A stretch of 64,000 nucleotides of DNA from an uncultured Gemmatimonadaceae bacterium (GCA_963740355.1 CAVUDW010000002.1:1824001-1888000); one strand, 5' to 3'; positions 1 through 10,147 are shown, counted from the stretch's first letter. Program-made: numbers and translations. The notes: generated by a model from the sequence alone, not told the origin.

Positions 1-126
1 GGCATCGAGCGCAGCATGCACTCCCGGAATCGTCGCCTCCATCACGTCGAACTGTTGCGCGGTTGCGCTGGTTGCGAGCACCAGCGAGACTGCCGCGAGA
101 GGCGTGACCTTGGAGAGACCGATCAT
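1..126 (-). CDS. N-terminus of an exported amidase-family protein (runs off the left edge)
   Basis: Manual translation from ATG at 126: MIGLSKVTPLAAVSLVLATSATAQQFDVMEATIPGVHAALDA. Signal peptide followed by the 'FDVxEATI' start typical of amidase-signature enzymes. Confidence 0.55.
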   Translation of the reverse strand, partial: MIGLSKVTPLAAVSLVLATSATAQQFDVMEATIPGVHAALDA

Positions 127-255
127 CGATGCGCCGGGGTGGTGGGGAGCTGCGTTGGCCGCGTGCCATCCAACATCGCCGATCCACGGCGGTCCCGGCA
201 GGTGGTGCCAGTGCGCGGGCGCTTCGGCCGGCCCGGTGCTCCGCAGCGTTTCCCG

Positions 256-1668
256 TCAGTTCGGCGGCGTGTCGGCGGGGAGCCGGATCGTGATCGTGGT
301 GCCGGCGCCCAGCGTACTGGCTGCGCCAATCGTTCCGCCCATGCCCTCGACCATCCGCTTCGTCAGGGCGAGGCCCAACCCCATGCCGCCCGTCGTACGG
401 TCGCGGGATGGGTCAACGCGGTAGAAGCGCTCCCAGATGAACGGCAGCTGCTCGTCGGGGATGCCACGCCCGGTATCAGCGATCTCGATCACGACCGCGT
501 CACCATCCGTGCGAAGGGACAACGTGATCCGGCCATCGCCTGGCGTATGTGTGATCGCGTTCTGCAACAGGTTGCGCAGGACCTGCGCGAGGCGGCGGCG
601 ATCAGCCTGCACGACGATCTGCATATCGGGCAGCAGGAGGTGGATCGGCGGCGCTGTGCTCGTGAAGGCTGCGGCCGCACGCCGCAGTTCGACGGATGCA
701 TCCAACGGAGCCATCTCGAAGGTCAGCGCACCGGCATCCGCGAGCGCAAGCTCCTGCAGTTCGTCGATCAACTGCTTGAGGAGCATGGCTTCTTCCTGCG
801 TCGAACGCAGCGTATCCGCGTCGGGCTTCCGCAGGCCGTCCCGCATCGACTCCAGCAGCCCGATGACATTCGTGAGTGGCGTGCGCAACTCGTGCGCGAG
901 GTCGGAAATCAGCTGGCGCTTCGCAACCTCGGTGCGTTCGAGCGATTCGGCCATGTCGTTGAAGGACTGTTCGAGCGCTCCCAGCTCGTCGCGCGAACTC
1001 ACACGCACTCGCGTCGAAAGTGCCTTCGCTCGCACGCCACTCGCGGCGGCCGTGAGGCGCTGCACCTGCGCGACGACAGGATACGCTAGCACCCACGTTC
1101 CGACCGCAGCCAGCAGGCACGCCAGGAGCACGGCCAGCCAGAGGGAACGTTGAATACCTGACACCATCATCTGCGCACCAGATGGTCGCGGCATCGTTGC
1201 TGGGAAACGATAGAGATAGCCGAGCCGCGTGTCATCGCGAGCCGTCAGCGACATGCCGCTGATCAGCAGACGTTGCAGCTGTCGCTCGTTGCCATGCGTG
1301 ATCGTCCGCGACAGATCGATGTCGCCGCGCGGCGTCATGGTCACATTGCCCTGCACGATCGATGGATCGGATGACGCCACGAGTCCACCAGTCGTATCGA
1401 GTACCAGCAGTTGTGCTGAGTCACCGGTCTGCGTAGCAAGCCGCTGCAGTACTGCACTGCCACCGGCTGTGCGAAGCGTCGGCCAGGCGACCGCAACGGA
1501 ATCCGGCAGGCGTACCGGACCGTCGTCCGCCTGCAGGGTGCGCGTCCGCGACTCGAACTGTGCCAGCTCGACGCGGGCCGATCGACTTGAGAGGGCCCCG
1601 ACGACGAGGATCGCTGCGACGAACAGCGGCCAGACGGTGAGAAAGAGGCGTGCGCGAAGACTGCGCAT
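256..1668 (-). CDS. Sensor histidine kinase (BaeS-like; 2 TM, HAMP, HisKA, HATPase)
   Basis: H-box LAHELRTPL, N-box NLLQNAI, DTGRGI, GMGLGL; start overlaps the stop of the upstream regulator. Confidence 0.95.
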   Translation of the reverse strand: MRSLRARLFLTVWPLFVAAILVVGALSSRSARVELAQFESRTRTLQADDGPVRLPDSVAVAWPTLRTAGGSAVLQRLATQTGDSAQLLVLDTTGGLVASSDPSIVQGNVTMTPRGDIDLSRTITHGNERQLQRLLISGMSLTARDDTRLGYLYRFPATMPRPSGAQMMVSGIQRSLWLAVLLACLLAAVGTWVLAYPVVAQVQRLTAAASGVRAKALSTRVRVSSRDELGALEQSFNDMAESLERTEVAKRQLISDLAHELRTPLTNVIGLLESMRDGLRKPDADTLRSTQEEAMLLKQLIDELQELALADAGALTFEMAPLDASVELRRAAAAFTSTAPPIHLLLPDMQIVVQADRRRLAQVLRNLLQNAITHTPGDGRITLSLRTDGDAVVIEIADTGRGIPDEQLPFIWERFYRVDPSRDRTTGGMGLGLALTKRMVEGMGGTIGAASTLGAGTTITIRLPADTPPN

Positions 1669-2390
1669 CAGCGACGTTCCACCGACGCGCGCTCCGGCAT
1701 GCGGTAGCCAGCGCCGAACACGGTCTCGATGTATCCGGCGCCCAGCGCGCCGTGGCCCAGCTTCCGTCGAATGTTGCTGACATGGACATCCACGGTGCGA
1801 TCGAGCTGTTGACCAGCCTCGTTCGGCAGGCGATCCAGCAACTCGGCGCGCGAAAACACGATGCCGGGACGCGCGAGCAGTGTCGCCAGCACTGCAAATT
1901 CGCTTGGCGTGAGTTCGACCAGCGCGTCCGCGACGCGCACCTCACGACGTGCATGGTCGAGTGTCAGGTCAGCGTATCGGAGAGGCGGTGTCTCCGACGG
2001 CGGCGTGCGACGCAGCACCGCTTCGACCCGTGCGACCAACTCACGGGGACTGAACGGCTTGGTCACGTAATCGTCAGCGCCGGATGAAAACCCTTCCAGT
2101 CGATCTTCCTCGATCGTGCGCGCCGTGAGGAAGATGATCGGGGTTGCCGCCGTCTCGCGAACCTGTCTTGCGATCTGGAGACCGCTCGCACCAGGCAGCA
2201 TGATGTCGAGCAGGAGCAGGTCGAATCGCTCCGACGTCAGGCGCTCGAGCGCGCGGCCGCCAGATCGCTCCGTCGACACGCGGTGCCCGGCGTGACTGAG
2301 GTAGAGCGCGACCAGTTCGGCCGTCTTGGCATCGTCCTCCACCACGAGGACGCTGGCCCGGCGGGCCTCGGACGCGGCAGGTGACGTCAT
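1668..2390 (-). CDS. OmpR/PhoB-family response regulator
   Basis: VEDD, LDIMLP, ADDYVTKPF, and winged-helix RTVDVHVSNIRRKL...GAGY. Confidence 0.95.
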   Translation of the reverse strand: MTSPAASEARRASVLVVEDDAKTAELVALYLSHAGHRVSTERSGGRALERLTSERFDLLLLDIMLPGASGLQIARQVRETAATPIIFLTARTIEEDRLEGFSSGADDYVTKPFSPRELVARVEAVLRRTPPSETPPLRYADLTLDHARREVRVADALVELTPSEFAVLATLLARPGIVFSRAELLDRLPNEAGQQLDRTVDVHVSNIRRKLGHGALGAGYIETVFGAGYRMPERASVERR

Positions 2391-2423
2391 GCATTATCCA
2401 TAGCGATATCATGTTAACGCCGT

Positions 2424-2461
2424 GTGAAGACCGGGGCCGGACACCTTCACATCGTCTTCAC
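2424..2461. promoter_or_regulatory. Candidate response-regulator binding site (CTTCAC direct repeat, 11-bp period, plus one inverted copy)
   Basis: CTTCAC at 2445-2450 and 2456-2461, and GTGAAG at 2424-2429, in the divergent intergenic gap. Confidence 0.4.
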
Positions 2462-2475
2462 GCCGGAGGGCTTTC

Positions 2476-4045
2476 TTGCGCGAGGGCCAGGTCGTTCACC
2501 ACTCGCGCCGGACAGTGATCATGCCACGACAGAATCAGAAGACTCAGTGTCAGTCCGCTCCGCACACCGCGCTGCGGACTTTCGCCGCTGGATGTGCGTT
2601 GCTTCCCTCCGTCTTGCTGGCGCAGGGCGGGCCGCCTCCGGGCGGCGCACCACGCGAGTCCGGACCGCCGCCGATGGCGCAGGCAGAGCTGGTGCAAAAG
2701 GTTCGCACACTCGCAGAAGCACTTACCCGCCAGGATCGGTTTTCCGGTGTGATCCTGCTTGCGCAGAACGGCAGCAAGGTTTTCGAGCAGGCCTACGGCG
2801 TTGCCGATCGTGAATCGAAGAAGCCGATGACGGTCGGCACCATCTTCAACGTCAGTTCGGTCGGCAAGCTCTTCACGCAGATCGCGATCGGGCAATTGGC
2901 GGCCGCGGGCAAGCTGTCGCTCGATAGCACCATTGCCACCTACTGGCCGGACTACCCGGATCCTGTGGCTGCGCGCAAGGTCACCATCCGGCAGCTGCTG
3001 TCGCATCGATCGGGGATCAACGGCAACATCTTCGTCACGCCGCTCACGATACGGAGCAATCACGACAACGTCCCCGCCGCCACGCGCGAGCCCCTCGCGT
3101 TCGAGCCCGGCACACGACAGCAGTATTCGAACGCGGGCTATGTGGTGCTGGGCGAAATCGTGGAACGACTCTCGCACGAGGTTTATCACGAGTACGTCCG
3201 CAAACATGTCTTCGCGGCTGCGGGCATGACTGCCAGCGATTTCCCGGCGCTCGACTCGTTGCCAGGGAATGCTGCACTCGGATACACATGGGGCCTCGAT
3301 GAAGATGCGCCGCCACCAGCCGTTCTGCCGCCGCTGACGCGTAGCGCACCACTGCAGCCGCGGCGGGGCAGTGCCGCGGGCGGTGCGTATTCGAACGTGA
3401 ATGACCTGTTTCGATTCGTGATGGCGCGCCGGAATGGAACGCTCGGCGTACCGGCACGCCGCAGTCAGGAGATGGCGGCCGGTGGCAGTCCTGGTTCCAA
3501 TGCGATGGTCGCAGAAGGGTTGCCGGGCGGCTACGACGTGATCGTGCTCTCGAACTTCGATCCGCCAACCGCTGGCGCCATTGCAGACTCGGTCGAGCAA
3601 TGGCTGGGTGGAGGCCGCCGCGGGCCCGGCGATGTCCGCGTCGGTGGACCGCGCATCGTCTTGCGTGCGCCGGGAGCAGGGCGATGAGCCGCCACCGGCC
3701 GGACCGCAGGGGCCGCTGCAAAAGTCCTTTCCCGACTCGCCGCAGGGCCGCGTTGCCGCCGCCTACCTGAAGGCGTTCTCGTCGGGTGATGCGGCTACCA
3801 TGCGCACCTTCATCGAAGCGCAGATGACGCCGGGTGAGCGGAGCCTCGATGATCGGGTCCGCAGATATCAGGAAATCTTCGCTGACAACGGAGTCCTTAC
3901 CTTGCTCGGCGTGCGTGTCGCTCCGGACTCGTCATTGGCGATCCAGGTGAACTCGGCGCAGAATGGCGAAATGACGCTGCTGATGTCGTTCGAACCCGCT
4001 GCGCCGTTCCGGATCACCGGGCTACAATTCCGCCTCGAGCGCTGA
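2476..4045 (+). CDS. Serine hydrolase (beta-lactamase/PBP-like) with C-terminal extra domain; apparent +1 frameshift at ~3680
   Basis: SVGK (SxxK), LLSHRSG and YSN motifs. ORF 2476-3687 continues as ORF 3581-4045 if one G of GGG (3679-3681) is removed. True start may be ATG 2521. Confidence 0.8.
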
Positions 4046-4083
4046 CCGCGCCACCGACATCACCCCGGCCCACTCTCGGCGAC

Positions 4084-4626
4084 ATGACCGCGAAGCACTA
4101 TCGCATTCCCATCGCGCGCAATGTCGCCGAGTATGCCGCAATCATCGCCTGGTGGGGCATCCTGATGGCTGCCCATTCCACCGGCCTGCTGAGCAACGGT
4201 GCCATCAGTAGCATCGTGGTGCTCGGTTGCTGGGTGAAGTCCGGACTGTTTGGCGCCGAGAACATGCGGCAGCTGTTCGATGCGGCGAAGCAGAACCTGG
4301 CGCACCATCGATTCCTGATCTTGATGGGTGTCAACATGTCGCAGATGATCCTTGCCTTCATGTTCGACTTCCAGCTGCTCCAGCTGATCGACGCCAATAG
4401 TTTTTCTGGTGTGGCGGCAAATGCCGGCCTGGGGGAGTCGCTGTTCGACTTCTTCTATCTCAGCACGCTGAATTTTTCTTTCTTCGGCTACAGCGACATC
4501 CTGCCGCAGACCGTGCCAGCGCGGATCGTCAACCTGACGGAAATCGTGTTGGCATTCGTGACGGTGATCTTTCTGCTCTCTGACTTCATCAGCCTGAAGG
4601 ACTCGCTGAGACGCAATCGCGACTGA
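4084..4626 (+). CDS. Small ion-channel-like membrane protein (Ion_trans_2/K+ channel pore-like)
   Basis: Several TM helices and a pore-loop-like segment FYLSTLNFSFFGYSDILPQT..ARI. Confidence 0.7.
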   Translation: MTAKHYRIPIARNVAEYAAIIAWWGILMAAHSTGLLSNGAISSIVVLGCWVKSGLFGAENMRQLFDAAKQNLAHHRFLILMGVNMSQMILAFMFDFQLLQLIDANSFSGVAANAGLGESLFDFFYLSTLNFSFFGYSDILPQTVPARIVNLTEIVLAFVTVIFLLSDFISLKDSLRRNRD

Positions 4627-4652
4627 CGGAGTCGTCCGCGGCGCAGGTTGAC

Positions 4653-5282
4653 CTAGTGCGCCACGGCTCGCATGCGCGCCGGCCCGGCAGACGGCCAGGC
4701 GCACATCGTCGTCTGCACCACCGCGGCGAGTTCCTCGGCGGACGCGCCGTTCCGGGCGTGTACGCTGAGGCCGGCCATCACCGTCCCGAAATAGCGGGCG
4801 AGGGCATCGACGTCGGTCTCGCGGGGGATCTCGCCTTCGTCCCGCGCGCGCGCGAGCCGACACCGGAGCGTGGCCTGGCTACTCGCCATTGCAGTCGCGA
4901 GCGCATCACGGATTGCGTCTGAGTGTGCAGCGATCGAGCCACCTGCCGCCTCCGCCACGACCACACAGCCAGAGTGCTCGCGGCAGCGCGTGTAGGTCGC
5001 CACGACGTCCATCAGCATCGCCGCGACTGCCCGTCGCCCGTCCGGTTCCGAGTCCAGCAGTTCAGTACGGCGCTCGGCTGTGAGCCGGGCGTAGCGCTCC
5101 ACGGCTGCAATGAAGAGGCCCTCCTTGTTGCCGTAGGCCGCGTACAGGCTCGGCTTGCAGATGCCCATCGAGTCTGCGAGGGTCTGTACCGATGCCGACT
5201 CGAAGCCGTCACGGTTGAACACGTTGAGGGCGTGTTCAAGCGCGGCGTCGGGGTCGAACTCGCGGGGACGGCCTCGGGACAT
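4653..5282 (-). CDS. TetR/AcrR-family regulator (NemR/ComR-like)
   Basis: GRPREFD start, HTH with SLYAAYGNKEGLF, GC motif in the C-domain. Confidence 0.93.
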   Translation of the reverse strand: MSRGRPREFDPDAALEHALNVFNRDGFESASVQTLADSMGICKPSLYAAYGNKEGLFIAAVERYARLTAERRTELLDSEPDGRRAVAAMLMDVVATYTRCREHSGCVVVAEAAGGSIAAHSDAIRDALATAMASSQATLRCRLARARDEGEIPRETDVDALARYFGTVMAGLSVHARNGASAEELAAVVQTTMCAWPSAGPARMRAVAH

Positions 5283-5307
5283 GGGAGCGGGCTGGAGGGG
5301 TAAGCGA

Positions 5308-5349
5308 TTGACAAATCTATACTGTGCGGTATCTATACCGCTAGGTACA
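5308..5349 (+). promoter_or_regulatory. Promoter -35 (TTGACA) followed by two adjacent 16-bp palindromic TetR operators
   Basis: TTGACA 5308-5313; TATACTGTGCGGTATC 5318-5333; TATACCGCTAGGTACA 5334-5349. Confidence 0.7.
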
Positions 5350-5412
5350 GAACGCCGTCGATGGCATCGGGGAATCGACGGCAGACCCCGTCACCCCGAG
5401 GGAGCACGACAC

Positions 5413-6489
5413 ATGCTGTTCGATTCCTTTCCGCTGGGCAAGATCACGCTGCGCAACCGGCTCGTCATGGCCCCCATGACCCGCAACCGGGCGAATGCCG
5501 AGCACGTCCCGACCCCGATGATGGCCACCTACTACGCGCAGCGCGCCAGCATCGGCCTGCTGATCACGGAAGGCGTCGCGCCGTCAGCGGATGGGGCGGG
5601 GTACACGCGCATTCCCGGGCTGTACAACGCCGAGCAGGTCGAGGCCTGGAAGCCGGTCACGGCTGCAGTGCACGCTGCCGGCGGAGCGATCTTCGCACAG
5701 TTGATGCACACCGGCCGCGCGTCGCATCTCGACAACATGCCCGCTGGCAGTCGCGTCGTCAGTTCCGCAGCCGTGCCGCTGCCGGAGCCGATCTACACCG
5801 ACACGGCAGGCAACCAGCCGGCGACGGTTCCACATGCGCTGACCGAGGCGGAGATCGCAGGCGTGGTGCAGGAATATGTGGCGAGCGCGCGCCATGCGAT
5901 CGAGGCCGGTTTCGACGGTATCGAGTTGCATAGCGCCAATGGTTACCTGATGGAGCAGTTCCTCAACGCCAACCTGAACACGCGCACCGATGGCTACGGT
6001 GGCAGCGCCACCAATCGTAACCGCTTCACGCTCGAAGTCGCCAAGGCGACGGCTGATGCGATCGGCGCCGACAAGGTTGGTATCCGCATTTCGCCGCATG
6101 GCGCCTTCAACGGCATGGGCTCGTTCATCGGTGTCGACGAGCAGTTCGTCGAGTTGGCGACGGCGCTCGGCAAGCTGGGGCTGGTGTACCTGCACCTCGT
6201 GAACCACGAGTCGATGGGCGCGCCGGCGATGCCCGCAGACTTGCCGGGCAAGTTGAAGGCCGCCTTCGGTGGCACCTTCATCGCCTCGGGCGGTCTCGAT
6301 CGCGAGAAGGCCGAGTCGTTGCTGGAGAGCGGTGCGGCTGATCTGGTGGCCTTCGGTCGCCCAGCGCTCGCGACGCCCGACCTGGTCGAGCGCTTGCAGA
6401 CGAATGCACCATTGAATGCACCGGACTTCGCGACGTTCTACACGCCGGGCGAGAAGGGGTACACTGACTATCCGGTGCTCGCGGCGTAG
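5413..6489 (+). CDS. nemA: Old yellow enzyme / alkene reductase (N-ethylmaleimide reductase-like)
   Basis: MAPMTRNRA, ELHSANGYL, RTDGYGGS, C-terminal FYTPGEKGYTDYP; GGAG RBS before ATG 5413. Confidence 0.92.
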   Translation: MLFDSFPLGKITLRNRLVMAPMTRNRANAEHVPTPMMATYYAQRASIGLLITEGVAPSADGAGYTRIPGLYNAEQVEAWKPVTAAVHAAGGAIFAQLMHTGRASHLDNMPAGSRVVSSAAVPLPEPIYTDTAGNQPATVPHALTEAEIAGVVQEYVASARHAIEAGFDGIELHSANGYLMEQFLNANLNTRTDGYGGSATNRNRFTLEVAKATADAIGADKVGIRISPHGAFNGMGSFIGVDEQFVELATALGKLGLVYLHLVNHESMGAPAMPADLPGKLKAAFGGTFIASGGLDREKAESLLESGAADLVAFGRPALATPDLVERLQTNAPLNAPDFATFYTPGEKGYTDYPVLAA

Positions 6490-6517
6490 GCTGAAGCGAG
6501 GCGGGTTGAATTGCACG

Positions 6518-6552
6518 GAGGGCGCGCTACCGCAGGTCGGTGGCGCGCCCTT
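6518..6552 (+). terminator. Stem-loop after nemA-like gene (probable terminator, weak U-tract)
   Basis: GAGGGCGCGCTACCG / CGGTGGCGCGCCCTT stem with a 5-nt loop. Confidence 0.45.
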
Positions 6553-6696
6553 CGCGTAGCCGCTCCTCGCAGAACGGGCGCGCCTTCCTCTGATCTTGCG
6601 GTTGCCGAGACCTTCCCCCGCCAGCACACTACATGGATTGATGCGCACTCTCCGTCGCACGCGATTCAATCACTTGCCCTGCTTCCGCGCCCACTC

Positions 6697-7767
6697 ATGT
6701 CGCTTCGTCTCACGCTCTCTCGGCTCGCACTCAATGTGCTGGCGGTGTCGTCTCTATCCGCCGTCGCTCGACTCGACGCGCAGGCGACAATGGCGCCGGT
6801 GAACGATCCGCCGAACCCGTATCGCACGGTTGAGGGTTGGGCGAAGATGCCGGAAGGGCGCACCTGGGGCTCCACCAGTGCGGTGGACATCGACCGCGAC
6901 GGACGCAGCGTCTGGGTGGCTGAGCGATGCGGTGCCAACAACTGCGTCAACTCCGCGCTGCCGTCGATCCTCAAGTTCGATCCCAACGGCAACCTGGTGA
7001 AGTCATTCGGCTCGGGCCTGCTGATTTCGCCGCATGGCATGCATGTCGATGCGGACGGCAACATCTGGGTGACCGACTGCGCCTGCACCGCGCCACAGCC
7101 TGCGGCAGGCTCGGCGCCAGCGCCGAAGAAGGGGCACCAGGTCTACAAGTTCAGTCCAGACGGCACGCTCCTGCTGACGCTCGGCGCACCAGGCGGTGGT
7201 CGCGACTCCAGTTACTTCTGGATGCCGAACAACGTGATCACGGCGCGAAACGGGGATGTCTACGTCGCGGAAGGACACTCGTCACGACCTGGCTCCAACG
7301 CCCGGATTCTCAAGTTCGATCGCACGGGCAAGCTGCTGCGGACGTGGGGATCGTTCGGCAAGGGGCCGGTCGAACTCGATCAGCCGCACGCACTGGCCTT
7401 CGACTCACGCGGCCGGCTGTTCGTGGCGGACCGCAGCAACAATCGCATCCTGATCCTCGATCAGGACTTCAAGCTGCTCGACACCTGGTATCAGTTCAGT
7501 CGCCCGAGCGGATTGTACATCGACAGGAACGATGTGTTGTACGTCGCCGATTCCGAGTCGGGCTCGATCTCTCCGCCGCATGTCGCGTGGACGCGCGGCA
7601 TCCGCATCGGCAGCGCGCGCGACGGCAAGGTGATCGCCTTCATTCCCGACCCTGAGAAGAACACCACCAACACCAGCTCTGCCGAAGGCATCGCCGTTGA
7701 TGCGGCGGGCAACATCTACGGTGCCGAGGTCGGTCAGCGGGCGTTGAAGCGGTACGAAAGGAAGTAG
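6697..7767 (+). CDS. Exported NHL-repeat beta-propeller (peptidyl-alpha-hydroxyglycine alpha-amidating lyase-like)
   Basis: Signal peptide; NHL repeats PHGMHVDADGNIWVTD and PHALAFDSRGRLFVADRSNNRI. Confidence 0.85.
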   Translation: MSLRLTLSRLALNVLAVSSLSAVARLDAQATMAPVNDPPNPYRTVEGWAKMPEGRTWGSTSAVDIDRDGRSVWVAERCGANNCVNSALPSILKFDPNGNLVKSFGSGLLISPHGMHVDADGNIWVTDCACTAPQPAAGSAPAPKKGHQVYKFSPDGTLLLTLGAPGGGRDSSYFWMPNNVITARNGDVYVAEGHSSRPGSNARILKFDRTGKLLRTWGSFGKGPVELDQPHALAFDSRGRLFVADRSNNRILILDQDFKLLDTWYQFSRPSGLYIDRNDVLYVADSESGSISPPHVAWTRGIRIGSARDGKVIAFIPDPEKNTTNTSSAEGIAVDAAGNIYGAEVGQRALKRYERK

Positions 7768-7836
7768 GCGAGCGACGAGAACATCGAGACCAATCGCCAG
7801 CGCTGCAGCGGCGCACGACCGATTGGTGCGACTGAC

Positions 7837-7887
7837 AAAGATGGGGCACGCAAGTCAGCGACTGACTCTGCGTGCCCCATCTTTCTT
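7837..7887. terminator. Bidirectional intrinsic terminator between convergent genes
   Basis: AAAGATGGGGCACGCA...TGCGTGCCCCATCTTT long inverted repeat followed by CTT. Confidence 0.75.
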
Positions 7888-7903
7888 CGTCGTGCCAGTT
7901 CGG

Positions 7904-10147
7904 CTACTTCCGGGGCAACACCAGCGCCGTCAAGGCGGTGCTCTCTTCCGCACCCGACGCGAAGACGATGTACTGTCGCCCTTTGTGCATGAACGTCATC
8001 GGCACGGCCGTGGTGCGCGATTCGATCGCCACGGCACCCACCTGTCGACCGGTTGCCTTGTCCACCGCGAACAGGCGCGGCGTATCGCCCGGGATGCCAC
8101 CGCCTCGCCCGGTGCCGTAGATCACCAGCGTCTTGGTCGTGATGGCCTGTGATTGCCCGCGTGCACCCTGCTCGGGCAATGTGACGCCGGCGAAGAGTGG
8201 ATCGCGGCTGGTGACTTTCATCATGCCACCGTTCGGAATCCACCACGACTTGTCGCCACTGTTCATGTTGTAGGCCGTGAGCCCGCCGTAGCGCTTTGGC
8301 TTGACGATCGATACACCACCGATCATCGACCCCGCGGAGCGTGCAGCAAAATCGCCGCCGCGATCACCGCTGGTTGGCTTCACATAACCAGGTGGTGCGG
8401 GCAGCGCACCATCGAGGCCGCAGCTATCGCGTGGTGAGCTGTAGTCGAATTCGGAGCAGGGATCCTTCTGCACCTGCGCCGTGCTCATGCCGGTCTGCGA
8501 TCCGACGTACAACATCCCCGTCTCGATATCGAGCGCCGCGCCGCCATCGATGTTCACGCCACCGCTGGCGCCGGGAGCGTACCACGAGCACTTGAAGCCT
8601 GTCGACCCCTTGCCGTCGGCCGCGGCTGGCGGAATGAAGTACGGGCCCATGCGGCACCGGCGCGCGAGCTTGAGCGCCGAGTCCTTGATCGCCGGGGTGT
8701 AGTCGATCAGGTCGGCTTCGACGAGCCCCTGCTGCGAATACGCTTCGGGCTTCGATGGAATCGGTTGCGTCGGCGACGAGATCTCGGTCGGCACGTCACT
8801 CTGCATCACCGGTGTCTCCGGGATCGGCCAGATGGGTTCTCCGGTGACACGATCGAGGGTGTAGATCCAGCCCTGCTTGGTGGTCTGCGCAATCGCCTTG
8901 CGACGACGACCATCGACCATGATGTCGAGCAGGTTCGGCGCCATCGGTGCGTCATAGTCCCAGATGTCGTGATGCACCATCTGGTAGTGCCACTTGCGCA
9001 CGCCGGTTCGCGCATCGAGCGCCACGATGCTATTGCCGAACAGGTTGTTGCCCGGTCGGGCGCCGCCGAATTCGTCCATCAGCGGCATGCCGACCGGGAT
9101 GTAGACAAGGCCCAGATCGGGGTCGGCGGAATACGGAGCCCAGGCGTCGTTCTTGCCAACGCCGCGTGTTCCAGGCTTGCTGCCATTCTTCCACGTATCC
9201 GCGCCAAACTCGCCCGGCTGTGGAATGAGGTTGAACTTCCACAACTGCCGACCAGTGCGAATGTCGAAACCGCGAATGGTGCCGCCGATGTTGTGCGCCC
9301 GGATCGGGTAGTAGCCATGGATCGACGAGTTACCGACGATCAACACGTTCCCGACCACGATCGGCGGTGAGCTGGAGGCGATCTGGCCGGCCTCGGGATC
9401 GATGCCGATCGTACCGTCGGCGCCGATCTTCTTCACCGGATCCCATGTTTCACCGGGCCGCGCCTTTCGCATCGGTGCGGCGTCGCTGATGATCAGCGGA
9501 CCGGAGTCATTCACGGCCAGCTTCACCAACGGATAGCCGAGTCCTTCCATCAGGTCGACGACACCGTTGCGCCCGAAGGCGGGATCGGGGCGGCCGGTCT
9601 TTGCATCGAGCGAGACGAGGTGGTAGCCGGGCGTGATCGTCAGCACGCGCTCCGCCTGCCCATCCGTCCAGTACGACAGTCCTCGTCCGGCGAACTGCCG
9701 CGGTGCCTTCTGCCACCGGATCCCCTCATCCAGTCGATACATCCAGAGCGATTCGCCGCTTGCCGGATCGATCGCGACGGTGACACGTCGCGTGCTCGCC
9801 ACCGTGAAGAGGCGTCCGTTGGCGTAGATCGGTGTGACGCGGTAGTACTCATCCTTGCCGAAGGCGCCGCCTTCCCACTTCCAGGCCACCGCCAGCGAGT
9901 CGAAGTTCGATGCATTCACCTGGTCGAGTGGGGAATAGCGCGAGCTCCAGGCGTCGCCGCCCCAGTATCGCCACTCGCCGTTGACGTTGCCGCGCACGGC
10001 CGGCGTCGCAATCCGTTGTGCGATGGACGGAGGCGCCGAAATCATCAGGGCGCTGGCGATCACCGTCGCGGTGTGAACCAAGTTGCTGAACACAGAGCCG
10101 ACCTGTGTCCTGCCAGATGTTGAACCTGTTGCGTCGTGCGTCATCAT
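7904..10147 (-). CDS. PQQ-dependent dehydrogenase (quinoprotein glucose dehydrogenase-like, exported)
   Basis: RYSPLDQVN, PQQ propeller repeats, HHDIWDYD, PMTFMHKGRQYIV. Start at 10147 or 10144. Confidence 0.88.
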   Translation of the reverse strand: MMTHDATGSTSGRTQVGSVFSNLVHTATVIASALMISAPPSIAQRIATPAVRGNVNGEWRYWGGDAWSSRYSPLDQVNASNFDSLAVAWKWEGGAFGKDEYYRVTPIYANGRLFTVASTRRVTVAIDPASGESLWMYRLDEGIRWQKAPRQFAGRGLSYWTDGQAERVLTITPGYHLVSLDAKTGRPDPAFGRNGVVDLMEGLGYPLVKLAVNDSGPLIISDAAPMRKARPGETWDPVKKIGADGTIGIDPEAGQIASSSPPIVVGNVLIVGNSSIHGYYPIRAHNIGGTIRGFDIRTGRQLWKFNLIPQPGEFGADTWKNGSKPGTRGVGKNDAWAPYSADPDLGLVYIPVGMPLMDEFGGARPGNNLFGNSIVALDARTGVRKWHYQMVHHDIWDYDAPMAPNLLDIMVDGRRRKAIAQTTKQGWIYTLDRVTGEPIWPIPETPVMQSDVPTEISSPTQPIPSKPEAYSQQGLVEADLIDYTPAIKDSALKLARRCRMGPYFIPPAAADGKGSTGFKCSWYAPGASGGVNIDGGAALDIETGMLYVGSQTGMSTAQVQKDPCSEFDYSSPRDSCGLDGALPAPPGYVKPTSGDRGGDFAARSAGSMIGGVSIVKPKRYGGLTAYNMNSGDKSWWIPNGGMMKVTSRDPLFAGVTLPEQGARGQSQAITTKTLVIYGTGRGGGIPGDTPRLFAVDKATGRQVGAVAIESRTTAVPMTFMHKGRQYIVFASGAEESTALTALVLPRK

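Noticed and set aside
8940..8990. WDYD motif as evidence of a lanthanide-dependent (XoxF-like) enzyme
   Set aside because: Glucose-dehydrogenase-type quinoproteins also have HHDxWDxD, and the vicinal CC of alcohol dehydrogenases is not evident.
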